A DNA stretch of 58,385 nucleotides, the filler included, from Sphacelaria rigidula (taxonomy: Eukaryota), in NCBI GenBank assembly GCA_964200075.2. It is 8 parts of 8 records of this genome, joined end to end, with 100 filler letters (N's around TTAATTAATTAA, not from the genome) between each part and the next. Parts side by side here need not be neighbours in the genome. Positions count along the whole stretch, not along the records: positions 21,934 to 29,144 come from CAXNAA020015946.1; positions 29,245 to 36,455 come from CAXNAA020015947.1; 6 more parts are not named here. One strand, given 5' to 3'. How positions within the stretch are numbered: position 1 is the stretch's first letter; each line of letters starts with the position of its first letter. Under the pieces are notes generated by a model. The model was given only the letters and a program-made list of their open reading frames with translations. It did not search any database and had not been told where the DNA came from. A program made the position numbers and the translations under genes. Positions 23,143 to 34,521 of this stretch are shown in pieces.

Positions 23143-25233
23143 ATGCACATCCCACTCGAGACGTGCGTCACAGAGCCTGCGGGACTAATACAACATTCCT
23201 CCTCTCCTTGGGCCTCGCCACTTGTGGTCGTCCCCAAAAACGATGGGAGCATACGCATCACCGTGAAGTATCAACAGTTGAACCGCGTCACTGTAGTCGG
23301 TAAAATTCCTATTCCCCGCATAGATGAAGTTTTCGACTCCTTGGGCGAAGGGAAAATATTCAGCACCTTCGACCTCGCTTCTGGATATTTTCATAATGCT
23401 ATACACCCTGACACAGTCCCACTGACGGCTTTTTGCACCTCGTCCGGACTCTATGAGTGGCTTCGAATGCCACAAGGCGCCGCCACTGCCACGGGATGTT
23501 TTCAACGCTTAATGCAACGCATCACCGAGGGCCTCGAGCGCATCATCATGTACTTGGATGACGCTATCGCTTTCGATGCCTCACCTATCGCACATATACG
23601 CACTTTACGAGAATTTCTTTCTCGCCTACGCACGCACGATTTGAAACTGTCTCCATCCAAAGCTCGCCTTGGTGCGACTGACTTGGATTTCTTGGGGCAT
23701 TCCATTTTGCCAGCGGGCCTGCATCCGGATACAAACAAAGTCAAGGCGATGACTGATTTGCCAATGCCAACTAACATTTCTCAACTTCGCTCATGGTTGG
23801 GCGGGCTATCCTACTACCGCAATTTTTTGCCGAATTTGTCTAAACGGATTCGACCCCTTACTGAGCTACTCAAGAAAGGAGCCGTGTTTCCTTTCACCAC
23901 CGAAATGGAGAATATCACCAGCCAACAACTTAAGACGCTTACCGAAAAGCCCGTACTTTGCTTTCCTGATTGGGAGGCAGTACAAGCTGGCTTCCGTCTT
24001 TTCCAACTCCACACTGACGCCAGCACAAACGGATTTGGAGGAGTTTTGAATCAACCTCAGCTTGATGGCTCTGTCCGACCCATCCTTTATATCAGCCGCG
24101 CTACCCTGCCCAAAGAGGCCAATTGGAGCTCGCTGGAACTGGAAGGCGGAGTAATCACTTGGGCCATTAAGCGCCTTCGACAATATCTGTTTCACGTGCC
24201 CTTCGAGATCTATACGGATCACGGAGCACTTGAACAACTCGCCAAGGTTGGTGAACACAACCCTCGTGTACCACGATGGTTGGAGTTTCTAACAGCATAC
24301 CAGTATACCATTAAGCACCGTCCAGGCAAAACCAACGGGAACGCGGATCTTGTTTCCCGCCTACCTCTACCGCCTACGGCCGCAGATTCCAGCCCGGCTT
24401 GCCGTTTAACGAAACCCGATGAACCCGGAATTTACGCGATCAGACGTTTATCAACGCCCGTCTACGCCCTCGATCTACAGTGCCCAGAAACCGGTATGCA
24501 TATGGGAGGACCTCGCCCTCTACCATATGACGCCGTCTTGGGTGGGTTAAAGCCCACTATCTTCAATTTTGTCGATTTTCGCACTTTCGGTACTCGCGCG
24601 AAACTCTTCGCGGAGACACCTACAGTCACCCACCTTATCTCCGACAACACGCGCCCCCGGTCTGCCGCCCGCACCACACCGAGTGCCCCGCCGCCACCAA
24701 CAACACCTTCAACCTCTATGAGCCACCCAGCACAAGTTCCACGGTTCAACACACAAAGCTCCGTGAAAACTTCTGCACCGTGCGCCACGCGCCGCGAACA
24801 ATCTTCGCCGCGCACTGATACAACCCCACCGCCAATAATGGCGCCGCTAACATCTCCTACCTCCGAGCACGGAACTGACGACTCGCTCCCGGGACAGATA
24901 TTGACGTCGGCATTTCTGCCCCGTCGCCTATTCCCCCGCCGCCTGCCCTACCATGTTTGGTCGGCTCGCCAACGGAAGGTCAACTACGCGAGTTTCTCGC
25001 CAGCTACTCCCACCGCGATTGGGCTCGCGAACAGAACGCAGAACCGCTTTGTCGCGCAGCCATCCGGTACTTACAACTTGACTGTCCAATCCCTTTTCCG
25101 TCCATACTTCTGGCCCCGGTTGGAACACTGCCACCACCAGTTATTTCTGACGTATACGAGCTCGTGCGTAAAGGCACCCTTTTTACTACGGATGAAGGCG
25201 TGCAACTACTCGCACGTCGGCCCACGCCCTTGA
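23143..25233 (+). pseudogene. pol: Gypsy pol: reverse transcriptase and RNase H
   Basis: 696-aa ORF with RMPQG, YLDD and TDAS motifs; shifts frame into integrase near 24960. Confidence 0.92.
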
Positions 25234-27162
25234 CAGGCGCAATTGCCGCCTCAACTACGGGACGCACCGCACGACTACTCAATGACGAACCAACGCGTAT
25301 ATATGTGCCATTATTAATGCGTCCCTGGGTCATGAAAGGCTGCCACACAGATTTGTCATGTCACCTTGGCGTCACCCGCACCCTCGCGCTCTTGGAACGC
25401 TTCTACTGGTGGGTTGGCATGGAAATTTCAACCCGCTTCTGGATTCGGCAATGCTTTAAATGCCAATCCCGCAGAACTTCACGACAGACGGTACGCTGGC
25501 CCGTGATCTCTATGAGACTCCCCGACGAGCCCGGCCACCTTGTGTCCTTTGACTACTTCGGCCCTCTCCCGACCACAGGTCGCGGCAACACCTACATCTT
25601 ACTCTTTACTGACCGCTTTAGCCGCCACGCGTCCATGTACGCGGTAACCGCCGCAGATTTCACTGCCGCGGGAACGGCCGACATACTGGTCCATGATTAC
25701 ATTAAGCACTACGGCTGCCCAAAGCGACTACTTTCAGACAATGGTCAGCAATTTTGTTCAGACCTCTCTGATGAGCTCTACAAGCTCCTGGGCATCCGCA
25801 AAATTGCCACGAGCGCCTACCACCCGAACGGTAATGGTGGTACCGAAAGAGTTAATCACACCATGGCTCAGATGCTCTCTATGGTCGTCAATGACCGCCA
25901 AAATGACTGGGACCTACACCTTGTTTGAGCGACACACGTTCGGCGGCCACCAAGGATTGGATCAGGATCAGCTATCCTACCACGAGCTAGCGCACGCGCG
26001 ACAACGCAAAGCGTTTACCCTCGTGCGCGAACAACACGCTATCAATGCCTCGCGCCTGGAGAGATCTAACACTGCTCTCCACAACCTCATGCACAAACGC
26101 CTTAACTGGAAAGTCGGTGATTGGGTTTGAATCTACAACAGCTTGTCGACCACCCGCCAAGGCATCAGCAAGGCAGCCAACGAAACAATGTTGAAGACAA
26201 AATTGTCCCTCAATTGGACAGGACCATTCAAGATCCTGACAGTCGGACCATCGTCATCATCACCGTATGAAAAACCCGTTGGGGACAAACTGCTCTATCT
26301 CGACTTGCCTCGCGACTTCCAGGGCAAAGACACCAAACTCCGCGTTTCCGTGCACAGATGCAAACCCTGCACGAACCCGCATGATACAAGCGACATGCTT
26401 AACTACCTGCCGGCCGGACTCACACAGTATGTTCTCAACAGCTACTCGACCAAGTCCCCGCCCTACCACGTTACAACCGACGACGTGGCGGAACAGCCCC
26501 TTCGGTTGGCTGTGTCCTCCATTTCCGGCCACCAGATAACCCGTGGTCGTGGAGGCAAGATCGCTGTCATATATAAGACACACTGGCACGGTCTTCGGGG
26601 AGCGTCTTGGGAACGCGAATCCGATCTGCAATTGCACCGTCGTGCAATCCTCCTTTACAGGGCGCAGTCCCAACATCTGCATCTTGCTCACAACAAGAAA
26701 TATCGCAACATGCGCCGTGGCGCAGCAGCCCGCGAACTTCACCGCAATCAGGGACTACGCTTTGTCGCTGATGGTTACGAACTTGTACCCTCCAAGACTT
26801 GTAAGACGAAGTTCTTCGCGAACCAGCGACTCCTGCCCAAGGGCAGCTACCTTTGGTTCAAAGGCAGCGACAACCTCTGATGGTTGGATCAGACCAACTC
26901 CGCTAACCTGGTTTCGGCCGACACATACATCGTGCGCTTCATCGATGACCCTGGACCCATACAGCTCAAGCTTCGGCCAGCGCTATACACCACCAGCCCA
27001 TCTGCGACACGCGGATCCTGGTGTCTCCAGCGCGTAAAGTCCAAAGGACTTCGTCGCGGTCTCCAGCGCAACATCGACCACACCCACGACGTCCACGCTC
27101 CCCTCTTTGAACCACGCTTTTTTGTCGCGACTGTTGTCCCACCCCTATTTTTTTTTCCGTGA
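24957..27162 (+). pseudogene. pol: Gypsy pol: integrase with GPF, chromodomain and Tudor-like tail (interrupted)
   Basis: H-x5-H...CFKC zinc motif, DDE core, WTGPFKI, YKTHWHGLRGASWERESDL; a single TGA at 26878-26880, after which the same frame continues to YIVRFIDDPG. Confidence 0.88.
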
Positions 27163-27364
27163 GCATTGTCTGCCCTCCCTTCTCCACCAGGATCCTCTTC
27201 TACGACACCACAATAGCGCGACCTACATCGGACGCCGATCAAGAACTACTGACACGACCGCTACCTACGACTACCGGAGCCATAGTATCCCCTTCATCTG
27301 GCGCTCGATCTCGTTGGATCATCGATTTTCAGATTTCCGATCTTGCAGTTTTTAGCACTTTTGG

Positions 27365-27612
27365 GTTTCCCCAGGTCAAAGCTCTGCTGCCTGTTGTACC
27401 TCTGGATTTCCCCAGGTTGGAGCTCTGCTCCCTGTTGTACCTTTGGCTTCCCCCAGGTCAGAGCTCTGCTCCCTGTTGTACCTCCCTGTTTTCCCCTGTC
27501 AACTTTTGCTAGGACGCCGAAGCAATTTGCGCTTCTTCATTGATCGCTAGAACGCCGAAGCAATTTGCGCTTCTTTATTGATCGCTAGAACGCCGAAGCA
27601 GTTGTGCTTCCG
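27365..27612. repeat. Two tandem arrays in the gypsy 3' UTR (3 x ~41 bp and 3 x 38 bp)
   Basis: TTCCCCAGGT..AGCTCTGCT.CCTGTTGTACCT x3 and GCTAGRACGCCGAAGCA x3. Confidence 0.85.
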
Positions 27613-27666
27613 CGTTTCGGAGCAGTTTTTTTCTGCTCCTCGAAGCAGTCTATGGGGAGACCGGAT

Positions 27667-28330
27667 TGTTGGTATGGGAATGTTAGGTACAGGATTGTTG
27701 GTATGGGTACAGGATTGTTGGTATGGGAATGTTAGGTACGGGAGTGCTCCTTTAGGTATGCTTTAGTCGCTCATGACTTTACGAGTGAAGAAAAACTTTA
27801 GTTTTCGCTGCTTTGAAGATAAATGCTCGCAGCTGTAATAAAGGTTGGTCTGGGTGGGTTAGTGTCATGAAGACGCATATTAGCCTGTTGATGCCGCTTC
27901 AGACCCGTTGTCGACTCTGGCTGTGGCTTGTTTTTGTTTCCGTAGACAAGGCTGCAGGTCGGTTCAGAGTTGGTCGGATACGAATGTGAACCTGTATAAT
28001 CACGGGGATGATACTGGATTTGGTCGCTGTCCCCACGACCAAAGCCCCCCCATCGTTCGCACTACCAACTGCTCCTCTACTGCTTTCCAGCAAAAGGAGT
28101 CTAACCATCGGTGAGACGTGTTGGATCGGGTTGTATTGATTGAGTGGATACTGGAGTTAGAATCAAGATGACCAAGGAGAAGTGAAGAACCTATGTGCGT
28201 GAAACCTCGTCTGATATTTGGATGCTGAGCAGATCACACGGTATCTACAAGTTGTAGCAGCCTGACGGTTGTACACTCGCCTGCCAAGCTTGTGCCTTGG
28301 GTTGCAAGCTGTGTCCTTGCATTATACTAC
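27667..28330 (+). repeat. Putative 3' LTR (right boundary uncertain)
   Basis: TGTTGG start just after the GGGGAGA purine tract; TGTTGGTATGGG is triplicated at the start; no matching CCAACA end or 5' LTR available. Confidence 0.45.
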
Positions 28331-28344
28331 CGCTTGCTCTTCAT

Positions 28345-28490
28345 TACGCATTTTACTGATACCTGAAAACTGATTATTGCCCTCAACTCACGAAAAAAAA
28401 AACTTCTGGTGTTTCTGTAGCTTCTTTTTCATGCCCTATGCACTGTCCATACCAAAGTTTACCCTCCAACTCTAAATATTGGCCGGCGCA
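28345..28490. repeat. Foldback family C half copy
   Basis: TGAAAACTGATTAT..CCCTCAACTCA...TGTCCATAC...TCCAACTC..ATATTGGCC matches 58225-58355. Confidence 0.65.
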
Positions 28491-28859
28491 TTCGCCTTCT
28501 ACAAACCCGATCGGTGAATTTTCGGAACAGTATTTCACAGGCCACTTACCTGCCCACGTATGGTTTTTGTGTATTGAAATATTGTGTGGGCCCTCGCAGG
28601 GGCATTCTTAACAAAACTCCACTTAAAACACGGAAAAAAAAATGAAGAAAGAAAAGGTAACAAGCTGTTGTATTTTTATTTCCATTATGCACTACACACG
28701 CGGCCATTCGGCTACCTTGTTGAAGAATTTCCAAACGCCATCCTCGGTTCCGTCCGTTTAAAAATCCCCCCTCGAGGATCTTGGGTACTCGTAATCCTCT
28801 AGAGGACTTTCAATCTTGGGGCCCTCCAAGGTCTGTGTCAATATTCAAATCCCCTGGAT

Positions 28860-29144
28860 TGTTATTGAGGGCACAACTGCTATGGAAAAATCTGGAATTT
28901 TCACTGCCTCCGCTATTCGACATAAAATCCTGACTCCAAATTATTGGAATCGTGCAAAAAGGATTTATTTTGACAGCAGAGGCTGTACAAATCCCATATA
29001 CACTTGCAGATTATATTAATTCACCAGAAGCTGTCCGAAATAAATCCTCATTTTTCCCCCCAACACCTGAAATAGGAGTCATCCTACGATAGGGGGGGGG
29101 TATTTGGTTGCACGAAAAAAGAGGCTCATAAGTGTGTCAGACAT
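28860..29144. repeat. Dispersed repeat with an inverted copy at ~51176-51430
   Basis: GAGTCATC.TACGAT..GGGGGGGGTATTTGGTTGCACGAAAAA.GAGGCTCATAAGTGTG is nearly identical to the reverse complement of 51176-51246. Confidence 0.7.
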
Positions 29145-29244
29145 NNNNNNNNNNNNNNNNNNNNNNNNNNNNNNNNNNNNNNNNNNNNTTAATTAATTAA
29201 NNNNNNNNNNNNNNNNNNNNNNNNNNNNNNNNNNNNNNNNNNNN

Positions 29245-29294
29245 GGATGCAAGGTCAATGGTCTCATGACCATGGCATGCAAGATCATGAGTAC
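29245..29294 (+). repeat. LINE tail fragment (diverged)
   Basis: GGATGCAAGGTCAATGGTCTCATGACCATGGCATGCAAGATCATGAGTAC followed by a C-rich tract. Confidence 0.7.
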
Positions 29295-29445
29295 ATCCCC
29301 TCTCCCCCCTAAGCACACGCGACGCGACTGGTGCTATTTGATCGCTATCGTCAATTACTATATTATGATGTGCGGTCCATTTTTCGATCCACAGTAGTCA
29401 CCAACAAATCAAGAACGCAAGACAGAGAGTTAAGAGATAGCTTAC

Positions 29446-32400
29446 CCCCCCCCACCCCCGAACATGGGATGCCCTGGACCAAGCAGCCCTCCAGCTCCTG
29501 GTAGCCGCCCGCCGCCCATTCCACCACTACCTCCCGGAAATAGATCACCACCGAAATCTCCGGCTCTTCCTGGGACAAACGGTGTCGGACCCACCCCTGG
29601 CGGGCCTGCAAACCTGGCAGTTAGTCAAAAGTCGGACGAATAATGATTAATCTCATCATTACCTCATACCCTGGACAATAGAATATACAGTCGAAAAGTG
29701 TACTACGTACAGTGTCGACTACTGCGCCTCTTGCAGCAGACAATATATTTCATACTGTACGCAGTACATTTTTTGACAATATAATATTTTGTCCAGGGTG
29801 TGCATTACATGCTTTCAGAGCCGCCGCACCCCGGTGGTGTAATGGTCCGACTGTCGCCATTAGGGTGGAGAGAACGGGGGTTCGATTCCCGATGCGTTGG
29901 GTTCTTTCTTCGCAATGTATGATTTCCACCGTGGAAAGCGTGAGAACGAGAGTAAGCAAATAGTCGGCTGGGTGTGTGTGGCTTGAGTTGACGCGGTGCG
30001 GGAGTGCTAACCCAATCCGCGAGACCAAAATGAAAGGCAGGTACCGGGGGAGAGACGAGTTGATCCCTTGAGACCACGGACTCATCCCAAGGAAGGGGAG
30101 GGGTTCAAAGTGTGAGTAAAAAAAAAAAAAAAGAGCTGGTCGCCCCGGTGGTTCAGTTGGCCACCTTAACACCTTCTGGCGTATGGGTCGTGGGTTCGAA
30201 TCGTGGTGAAGTCACACGATCTGGGACTTTTTTTTTCACACCATCCCCAACAGTGGAGAGCAGCTACGAATGTCATGGGTACACAGAATTCGACTTCACG
30301 GTCTTCGAGGGAAAGGGGCCGCTGAATCCACCCTCGCACGATAAACTTAAAAAAAAAAAGGTAGGCACCACAGAAGGAAGGTGGAGCACTGCTATTATAA
30401 AACAAAAGAAAAAGAAAAGAAACTCCTATGTTGGATTTTTCTCCTGTGTGACTCCGGCTGAAGCACCCACATGCTCCAAAAGGTGTAAACTGGCGTCCAG
30501 AATAGATGGGATGCCAACACACAACACACAGTGTAATTGATTCGTACAGTGCGAATCAGAATCCTTCCCTGACTTGTATGTTCAGCGTTTTACCCCAGTT
30601 ACGCGCACTCCAGGCACGCGGAATAACGAAAAATTTGCGCACGAGACTTTTTTTGATCCCGCCGTCAATTTTTTCCATCTCTTTCCAGTATTCAGGCGTC
30701 GGGAGTCGTAGGTTCGGTGATTCGAACCGGCGATGTTATGTCTGATCCTTGGAATTGAAGACGTCGTACTGTGATCAAGGAAGGGGTATCGTGTATCTTC
30801 GGATCGTGCGTGCGGAAGGTGGAAAAATAGTACCGGGGCAAAGGCAGGTCAAGTAGGGTACACTCAATTGCGGGGTACTGTGAAAGTCGTACTTGAAGTA
30901 CACAAATTGGGGCAGGGTACTAGGGGTCGCTTTCCAGTTATTTCTCGGGTACAACCTTCAACACCCTACCCCGATTCGAGTACTTCAAGGACGACTTCCA
31001 AAATACCCCGCAATTGAGTATATACCCTACTCCACCTGCCCCATGCCCTGCTGGCAGGCGGGGTAACGACAAGATAGTCGCTATTGTATCCTTCCACACA
31101 GGACATTGACAATATATTGTTTATTTAGGGCTCGGAAATGGTTTGTCTAACCAGTAACCAGTTGAATGGTTACGCGTAGCGCACTCATTAACCAGTCGAA
31201 TGGCACATAATGGTTTGGTCGTCGAGCGGCGCAGCCGCGAGCCAAAATTCCCCCCGGCAGAGGGGGACCCGCCGGAGGTGTCGTGCCGGAGGCACATTTT
31301 TACGCGATTCGGCTATACTGGAGCTAAAAAGTACGTGAAATTCGGGCCAATTTTCAAGGGCTGTATGTAGCATGCGTAGCCAGTAACGGCTTTTAAAGCC
31401 GGTGACGGTATAGTGGTTTTAAAATATTATCCAAAATTTTCATATAACCATCACCAGTATTACCATCAAAATGATCATGACCAGTTAAAACTGGTACCAT
31501 TTCCGAGCTCTGATATTATTACGTCGTCAAAATGTGTACCGCGTACAGTATCGACGGTCGCGTCTACTCAATGGACACTAGATTCCATACGGTATACAGT
31601 ACTCTTTTTAACAACGTTTTTTAATACCATTTTATCCATAATGTGTATCCTACACGCAGCGTAACGGACAACTCACGAAACGTTTTTTTTTTTTTCATGC
31701 TTGATGCGTACAGAAATAGTGTGCAACGACGAGCAGGAGCGTGTGTGCGTGTGTGTGTGTGAATGTTTTGTCTCCGCATCCTGCTCAGCCATATACTTTT
31801 CCCAAGTGAGGGGCATTACTAACGGGTCTACCCCCTCCCCGAAATCTCCGATTTTTTCGGGGGAAAAAACATACATTTCTTCTTCTCTCCGAAAAATTTG
31901 ACAAGCACATGTCTCAACCAGGACAGGCAATAGATCAAGTTTAACAACTGGCTACATATTTCTCGAAACATCTGATGGAGGATTATTTTTCAGCATTTTG
32001 GGCGGGGAAAGTCGGGGAAAAAAACAAAATGTTTGGAAAAAAGTAAAACGAAAAAAACTGTAAATCCGTCGTTAAACCTTTTCGCACCGGCCATGGAAGA
32101 TTGTGGATTTCGAGGTGCTGTTTTTTTTTTACGACATGTGGTTTAATTTTTACAGCTTTCACGCAAAACTATTAGCCCGAGGCGTGTTTCGCAGACCCGT
32201 ATTAAAATGTGCCCAAGTGCAGCACGGGACTCAGTATATAGAAAATAGACGAGTGGTGTCGATTTTTATTTGTATGTATAAGTTCAGGCACGCAAACTTG
32301 TGCTAGTTTTGGCCGTGTGCACACAGTTGAACACACTTGGCCCGTTGCGTCCCCTCATCGGACAAAACTAATCCGACCGCAGCGGGGTGACATTTTTGGT

Positions 32401-33121
32401 GAGCGCATGACGTATGCTACTTGATTCTTCTGTGGCCGTCCGCAGTAGAAATGGTTGCCGTCAGTCTTTTCCGTTCCCGTATTTTTTACCTTGTCAGAGC
32501 TTGAAATAATGAGGCGTCTGGCCCGGGGACGAAAGGGGAGGGTTCCCAAGGGGATAAGAAGACCCTTGAGCAAAAACCCGTCGTGAAGTTTCATACCAGT
32601 TCAACCAACCCCCGACAATGAGCTTTGACCACCCATTGATGAATTGATGAATTGATTGGTTGATTCATTGGTTGATTCATTGTCACACACTCACTGACCA
32701 GCTCAGAATCTCGACATAATCACAAGAGATAGTCCTGCCCGACACATTGAAACACACACAAACACACTCGCTACGAGAAAAACCACGATTCAATCATTCG
32801 GCAACGCAACCACACCCACTCTTGTTATGGTACCTCAAAAAACGGAAACTGGACCGGGTCCATGACACGGCACATAACCGAACCGGTTCCCCGAACCAAA
32901 ACATTGATCCGGGTTTCTCACCTTGGAGGACCAGCCCGGAGGGGATCATCCTCATCCATCCCCCTCGATGGCTGCGGGTTCCCAGGGGGAGGAGGGCGTC
33001 GGTCGGATGCGGGGACGACTTGGCTTGGGTCCCCTATTGTCTCCTTCGCTGGTTCGGGTGCACTGGGTTTTTCGGGCAAGAAGTGGGAGAGAACTTCTCG
33101 CCGGAACGTCGCAAACAGGCG
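29446..33121 (-). CDS. PSMF1: PI31/PSMF1-like proteasome inhibitor/regulator, two internal exons
   Basis: Exons 33121-32922 and 29613-29446 (AG/GT, phase-compatible) give RLFATFRREVLSHFL...DDPLRAGPPRFAGPPGVGPTPFVPGRAGDFGGDLFPGGSGGMGGGRLPGAGGLLGPGHPMFGG, resembling the PI31 Pro/Gly-rich C-terminal region (DPLR, G.DL.P, GG..GP.HP.F). The diagnostic ARFDP exon was not found on this scaffold. Confidence 0.68.
29820..30113 (+). mobile_element. tRNA-derived SINE family 1
   Basis: A box TGGTGTAATGG, B box GGTTCGATTCC, tail GGTTCAAAGTG followed by poly(A). Confidence 0.88.
30138..30530 (+). mobile_element. tRNA-derived SINE family 2
   Basis: GGTCGCCCCGGTGGTTCAGTTGG A box and GGTTCGAATC B box; body shared with 52807-53000 and 715-925. 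Confidence 0.8.
30810..31099. mobile_element. Foldback MITE
   Basis: Arms GTAGGGTA..CTCAATTGCGGGGTA...AAGTCGT.CTTGAAGTAC and their reverse complement at 30979-31048. Confidence 0.75.
31126..31512. mobile_element. hAT-like MITE
   Basis: TIR TAGGGCTCGGAAATGGT / ACCATTTTCCGAGCTCTG; subterminal AACCAG/TGGTT motifs; the 8-bp TSD matches only partly. Confidence 0.65.
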
Positions 33122-33179
33122 CTGTGGAGGCAAGGGGGAGCGGAGGATTGTGGTGGATGGAGCAGTGAGCATTATCGTC

Positions 33180-33573
33180 GGTTGATTGCTTGTGGGCTGA
33201 GCATAGCACGTTTTTTTGCGATCGATTGCCGTGCATTAGCGTATCCCGTGGGGACCTACTCGTGGTGATTATCCATAAGATGGACGTACCCAAGGGTAAA
33301 CAGAACGGGAAACACTCGCTAGAGTAGGAAGTTCGGGAAAAGAAATCACTACGAAGGCTGAAACACGGAACAACAAATAACAGAGTAAAGCGGAACAGAA
33401 ACGGCCCACACACAAAACAGACAAAACAAAAAACGGACAAAAGGAAAAACAGGAAAGGAGAGGAAAGGAACGGGGGGGGAGGAAAAACAAAAATCCACGA
33501 GTGACCGGTCCCAATGAAAACAAAAGAAGAGGAAGAAAAAAAAAGAAAAAAAAGAAAAAAAAGGAAAAAAAAA

Positions 33574-33604
<31 letters not shown>

Positions 33605-33660
33605 GAAAACAAGAAAAAATGAAAAAATGAAAAGAAGGAACTACAAACGCCCGGCCCCTG
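33180..33660 (-). repeat. Family R retroposon 3' region
   Basis: T-rich tract on the minus strand, then AGCGAGTG...GGTACGTCCATCTTATGGATAATCACCACG and AAGCAATCAA end. Confidence 0.55.
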
Positions 33661-33982
33661 CAGCATGGCTCCAGGGCAAGAAACTTGTTGTAATGAGCAA
33701 CGAAGGGTCAATCATGAACCTCGCCTTTTGAGTCGGCACCAAGCAACTACAACGACCGACAACTTGCGATTATGCACCACCTGCGGCCTCTTGGCTCAGT
33801 GGCGGCTGTTCCTCCCCCCGGACAACCCTCGCGGCATTTTTGGAGCAAAGCTTGCCGCGACACCCTGCCGCATGATCAACGACGGGTCTTTCGAACACAA
33901 TCGGGTTCGGAGGATCCTCAAATTAAGGACGCCAGGATATACAGCAATATCTCCACGAGAAAAAACGCCGACCAAGGGTGGG

Positions 33983-33983
<1 letters not shown>

Positions 33984-34030
<47 letters not shown>
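33984..34030. repeat. (TG)n microsatellite
   Basis: Perfect dinucleotide run. Confidence 0.95.
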
Positions 34031-34032
<2 letters not shown>

Positions 34033-34235
34033 AATGAGATGGAGAGCTGGTGCTGTAATAGGGGTGCACAAAAGTATTTCCTGAGCTTCAAATTGTTGAA
34101 AGCTCTCCATCTCATTAAAAAATAAAAAACTCGAAGAATATGTGAGAGCACGCCACGGTGAGCATTGCAATGGGGTAGGGATATCCCGAATGAGTTGTCC
34201 TGATCCATATCCGTTTTAATTTTAATTTCTTTATT

Positions 34236-34521
34236 TGTCGCACTTTTGAACCCCTCCCCGTCTTCGGGACGAGTCCGTGATCTCAAGTGATCAATATGTC
34301 TTTGCATTTTGCTCTCGCGAATTGGATCATGACCATCAGCACTCCCGCACCGCGTCAACTCACGTCAAACAAACTCAGCCGACTACTTTGTTTACTCACG
34401 TTCTCGCGCTTTCCACGGTGGAAATCAGACACCACGAAGAAAAACACCAACACATAGGGAACCGAACCCTCGGTCTCTTCACCCTAATTGCGATAGTCGA
34501 ACCATTACACCACCGGGTCGC
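34236..34521 (-). mobile_element. tRNA-derived SINE family 1
   Basis: Head GCGACCCGGTGGTGTAATGG, tail GGTTCAAAAGTGCGACAAATAA. Confidence 0.85.

Larger units (their letters stand above)
21934..28330 (+). mobile_element. Defective Ty3/gypsy (chromovirus-like) LTR retrotransposon, 5' end off scaffold
   Basis: Order protease (LDSGS, ~22471) - RT (SPWASP, YLDD) - RNase H (LHTDAS, IYTDH) - integrase (HHCC, VSFDYFGP, LLSDNG, GGTERVN) - GPF - chromodomain; stops, frameshifts and internal deletions; purine tract then TG start of the putative 3' LTR. Confidence 0.93.

Noticed and set aside
27365-27612. CRISPR-like arrays (also 11670-11930)
   Set aside because: Adjacent tandem units without unique spacers, no cas genes, eukaryotic transposon context.
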